Shown: in pieces, positions 17,238 through 19,100 of the stretch
Layout: every line of letters starts with the position of its first letter
How positions within the stretch are numbered: position 1 is the first letter of the stretch
Assembly (NCBI GenBank): GCA_045105515.1
Contig: JBGCDR010000009.1
Coordinates: 1-19,100 of the forward strand
DNA: 19,100 bases
Direction of reading: 5' to 3'
Origin: Oligoflexales bacterium
GTDB lineage: Bacteria > Bdellovibrionota_B > Oligoflexia > Oligoflexales > Bog-1112
Notes under the pieces: model-generated
The model's input: the letters and a program-made list of their open reading frames with translations, nothing else
What the model was told of the DNA's origin: nothing
The model's database searches: none
Position numbers and translations under genes: made by a program

Positions 17238-17481
17238 GGTATTCACCTCTAAATTATTCATCGACGGTGCTCCGTCTTGAACCCATAGATAGTAATTCGG
17301 AGCTTAACTCAGAGAGTTAAGTAAATTCCTTAATAGCCTGTAATTAAATAGTAAAAAATTGTTAATACCTTTCTTCGAGATTTGCTTTTTTCCCGAGTTG
17401 CTGGTTTTAAGATCTGCTTGTGAGCATTTATTCATCATGGTAATAATTAAGGAAGGTTCATTACAAATGGAGGAATAAAGC

Positions 17482-18966
17482 ATGCTAATAAGGCCTGTTA
17501 AGGTGTTTTTTCTTGTTATGGTCATAAGTTTGGCTTGTCAAAATGAACAGCCAACTCAAAAAATATCTGACGCTGTGGAGGATTTTTCTCGGCGAACTAA
17601 GGATAAAGATGAACTTGATTTATTAGTCTTGCTTCCAAGAGGTATTTCGCAAGACAAGATCATTTCAGGAAAAGAAGTTGAGCTATTAGCACCTTTATCG
17701 GACTCAAAGCGTCTATACCGTTTGCAGGGACCGAAAGAACTGTTGAAAGACTTAAATATAGTTGCAAATGCAAAAATAAGTTTGAATGATGAGATAAAAA
17801 TTAGTCCAAATCAAAGACTTGGTTTCGTGCCTAGTCAGTTTGTTCTCGAAGACTCTAGTGCTCTCGATCTTTTAACTGTCAGAAATGTAGTGGGTGTTGA
17901 TGCATTGGTGAAAAGATTTCCCGAAGCAGATGGGCATGGTGTAAAAGTTGCTGTTTTTGATACGGGTATAGATTTTGGGATTAACGGACTTAGTGGTACT
18001 GAAAAAGGTGCTAAACTACAAGGGTTTTATGATCTTACTAATTTTGGGGAAGTGAAGCTCGATCAAGTTTCTGATACTTTGGCTGAAATACCCTTGAGTT
18101 TTGCGCCTGGACTTGCTCCTAAAAAAATAATTGCAAAAGGTACTTTGTCTGAGGCTCAGCTTGCTCAAGACTACTTGGTTCCAGATGGAGTGGACCTTAA
18201 TGGAAATGGCAGTACTACAGATCTTTATTCTTTTGTTCTAGGGATTAGCAATGACGATCAATATGGCATTTGGATCGATCTTGATGGTAATGGAGTCATT
18301 GAAGATCCTGAAACAGAATTTCTAAAGGATTTTAATACCAGTAGCCAATATATAAATATGGTTGACCGGGGTGAGAAGAAAGGAACACATGCACTTGCTG
18401 TTACTATTCATTCTGAAGAAAAAGTTCAATTTCACCGTGTTTTGCATGGCCATGGTACCGCATGTGCATTGATTATTGGAGGTGATGGCTATGGTGATGG
18501 ATCATTGATGGGCCTGGCCCCTAAGGCTAGTTTTTTATCCTATACCCTCGACGTGACAGGACAAGATATTTATACCATGGATCAGTTTATTGAGATGTTT
18601 TTGCACGCAAAAAAGCAAGATGTTGACGCTATAAGTATCAGTTGGGGATTTTCAACTTCGGATCTAGCATCGGCCAGATTTCTTGCTGATTTTTTGGATC
18701 AGGAAATAGCTTCCCAAGGAATCCTTGTTGCAATTGCAGCTGGCAATAATGGGCCAGGGGTGAGTTCGGGGCCATCTGATGACTATATTCCTCATCATGG
18801 ATTTGGTGTGGGAGCAATGATTTCTCAGGATCAGGCAAATAATGTTTATGGTTGGACTGGAGCAGATCGTAACGCTGTTGTAGATTACTCTAGTTTTGGT
18901 CCTACGAGGGGAGGAAGGCAAATTCCTGATCTTGTGAGTCCAATTGTTTCGCTTGTTAGAGCTTGA
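17482..18966 (+). pseudogene. S8 (subtilisin / tripeptidyl-peptidase II-like) serine peptidase lipoprotein, truncated before the catalytic Ser
   Basis: GGAGG Shine-Dalgarno and lipobox ISLAC. VAVFDTG (D160), HGTACA (H324) and AAGNNG (N422) are present, then SSFGP..PDLVSP and a stop. No GTS motif occurs in any forward frame up to the window end. Confidence 0.75.
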
Positions 18967-19100
18967 ATTCAATAAGAAAATGCAAAAATAATCTTGCCGT
19001 CCAGAATTCAAAACAAATTTGTGCTTGAAAAAAATATTTTCATCAAAATTCCCCTTCCTAAGATGTGTTTAAGAGCTAATAAGAGAAAAATCTTAAGTTT

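Noticed and set aside
18964..18975. TGA readthrough, selenocysteine or a simple frameshift rescuing the S8 peptidase
   Set aside because: An in-frame TAA follows after two codons, the other forward frames also stop without a GTS motif, and TGA serves as a normal stop for mfd and the 12590 gene.
12420..19011. Short ORFs 12420-12638, 12535-12921, 12633-12842, 12792-13040, 14888-15127, 16110-16424, 17304-17525, 18638-18838 and 18664-19011
   Set aside because: They are antisense or alternate-frame shadows of stronger genes, with no recognisable motifs.
1..19100. CRISPR array, DGR, retron or intron
   Set aside because: No regularly spaced repeats, reverse transcriptase, cas gene or template/variable repeat pair was seen.

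Overview
AT-rich bacterial chromosomal window. Gene order and content suggest a Bdellovibrionota/Oligoflexia-like or other former delta-proteobacterial host (inference only). The conserved core is mfd, then a PpiC-type PPIase, a SurA-like chaperone and tRNA-His(GTG). Three uncharacterised genes sit between mfd and the PPIases. Left of mfd are a di-heme oxidoreductase (DHOR) lipoprotein and a secreted protein with a decayed period-4 Trp repeat. Right of the tRNA is an accessory-looking stretch of mostly exported proteins: a Cys-rich Ig-like lipoprotein, an orphan, a predicted caspase-hemoglobinase-fold (His-Gly...Ser-Cys) protease followed by a small Gly/Ala-rich hydrophobic protein, a stand-alone receiver protein, and a TPP II-like S8 peptidase that stops just before its catalytic Ser. 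No CRISPR array, integrase, transposase or rRNA was seen. The best candidate for a new system is the protease plus hydrophobic-partner pair at 14652-16521.
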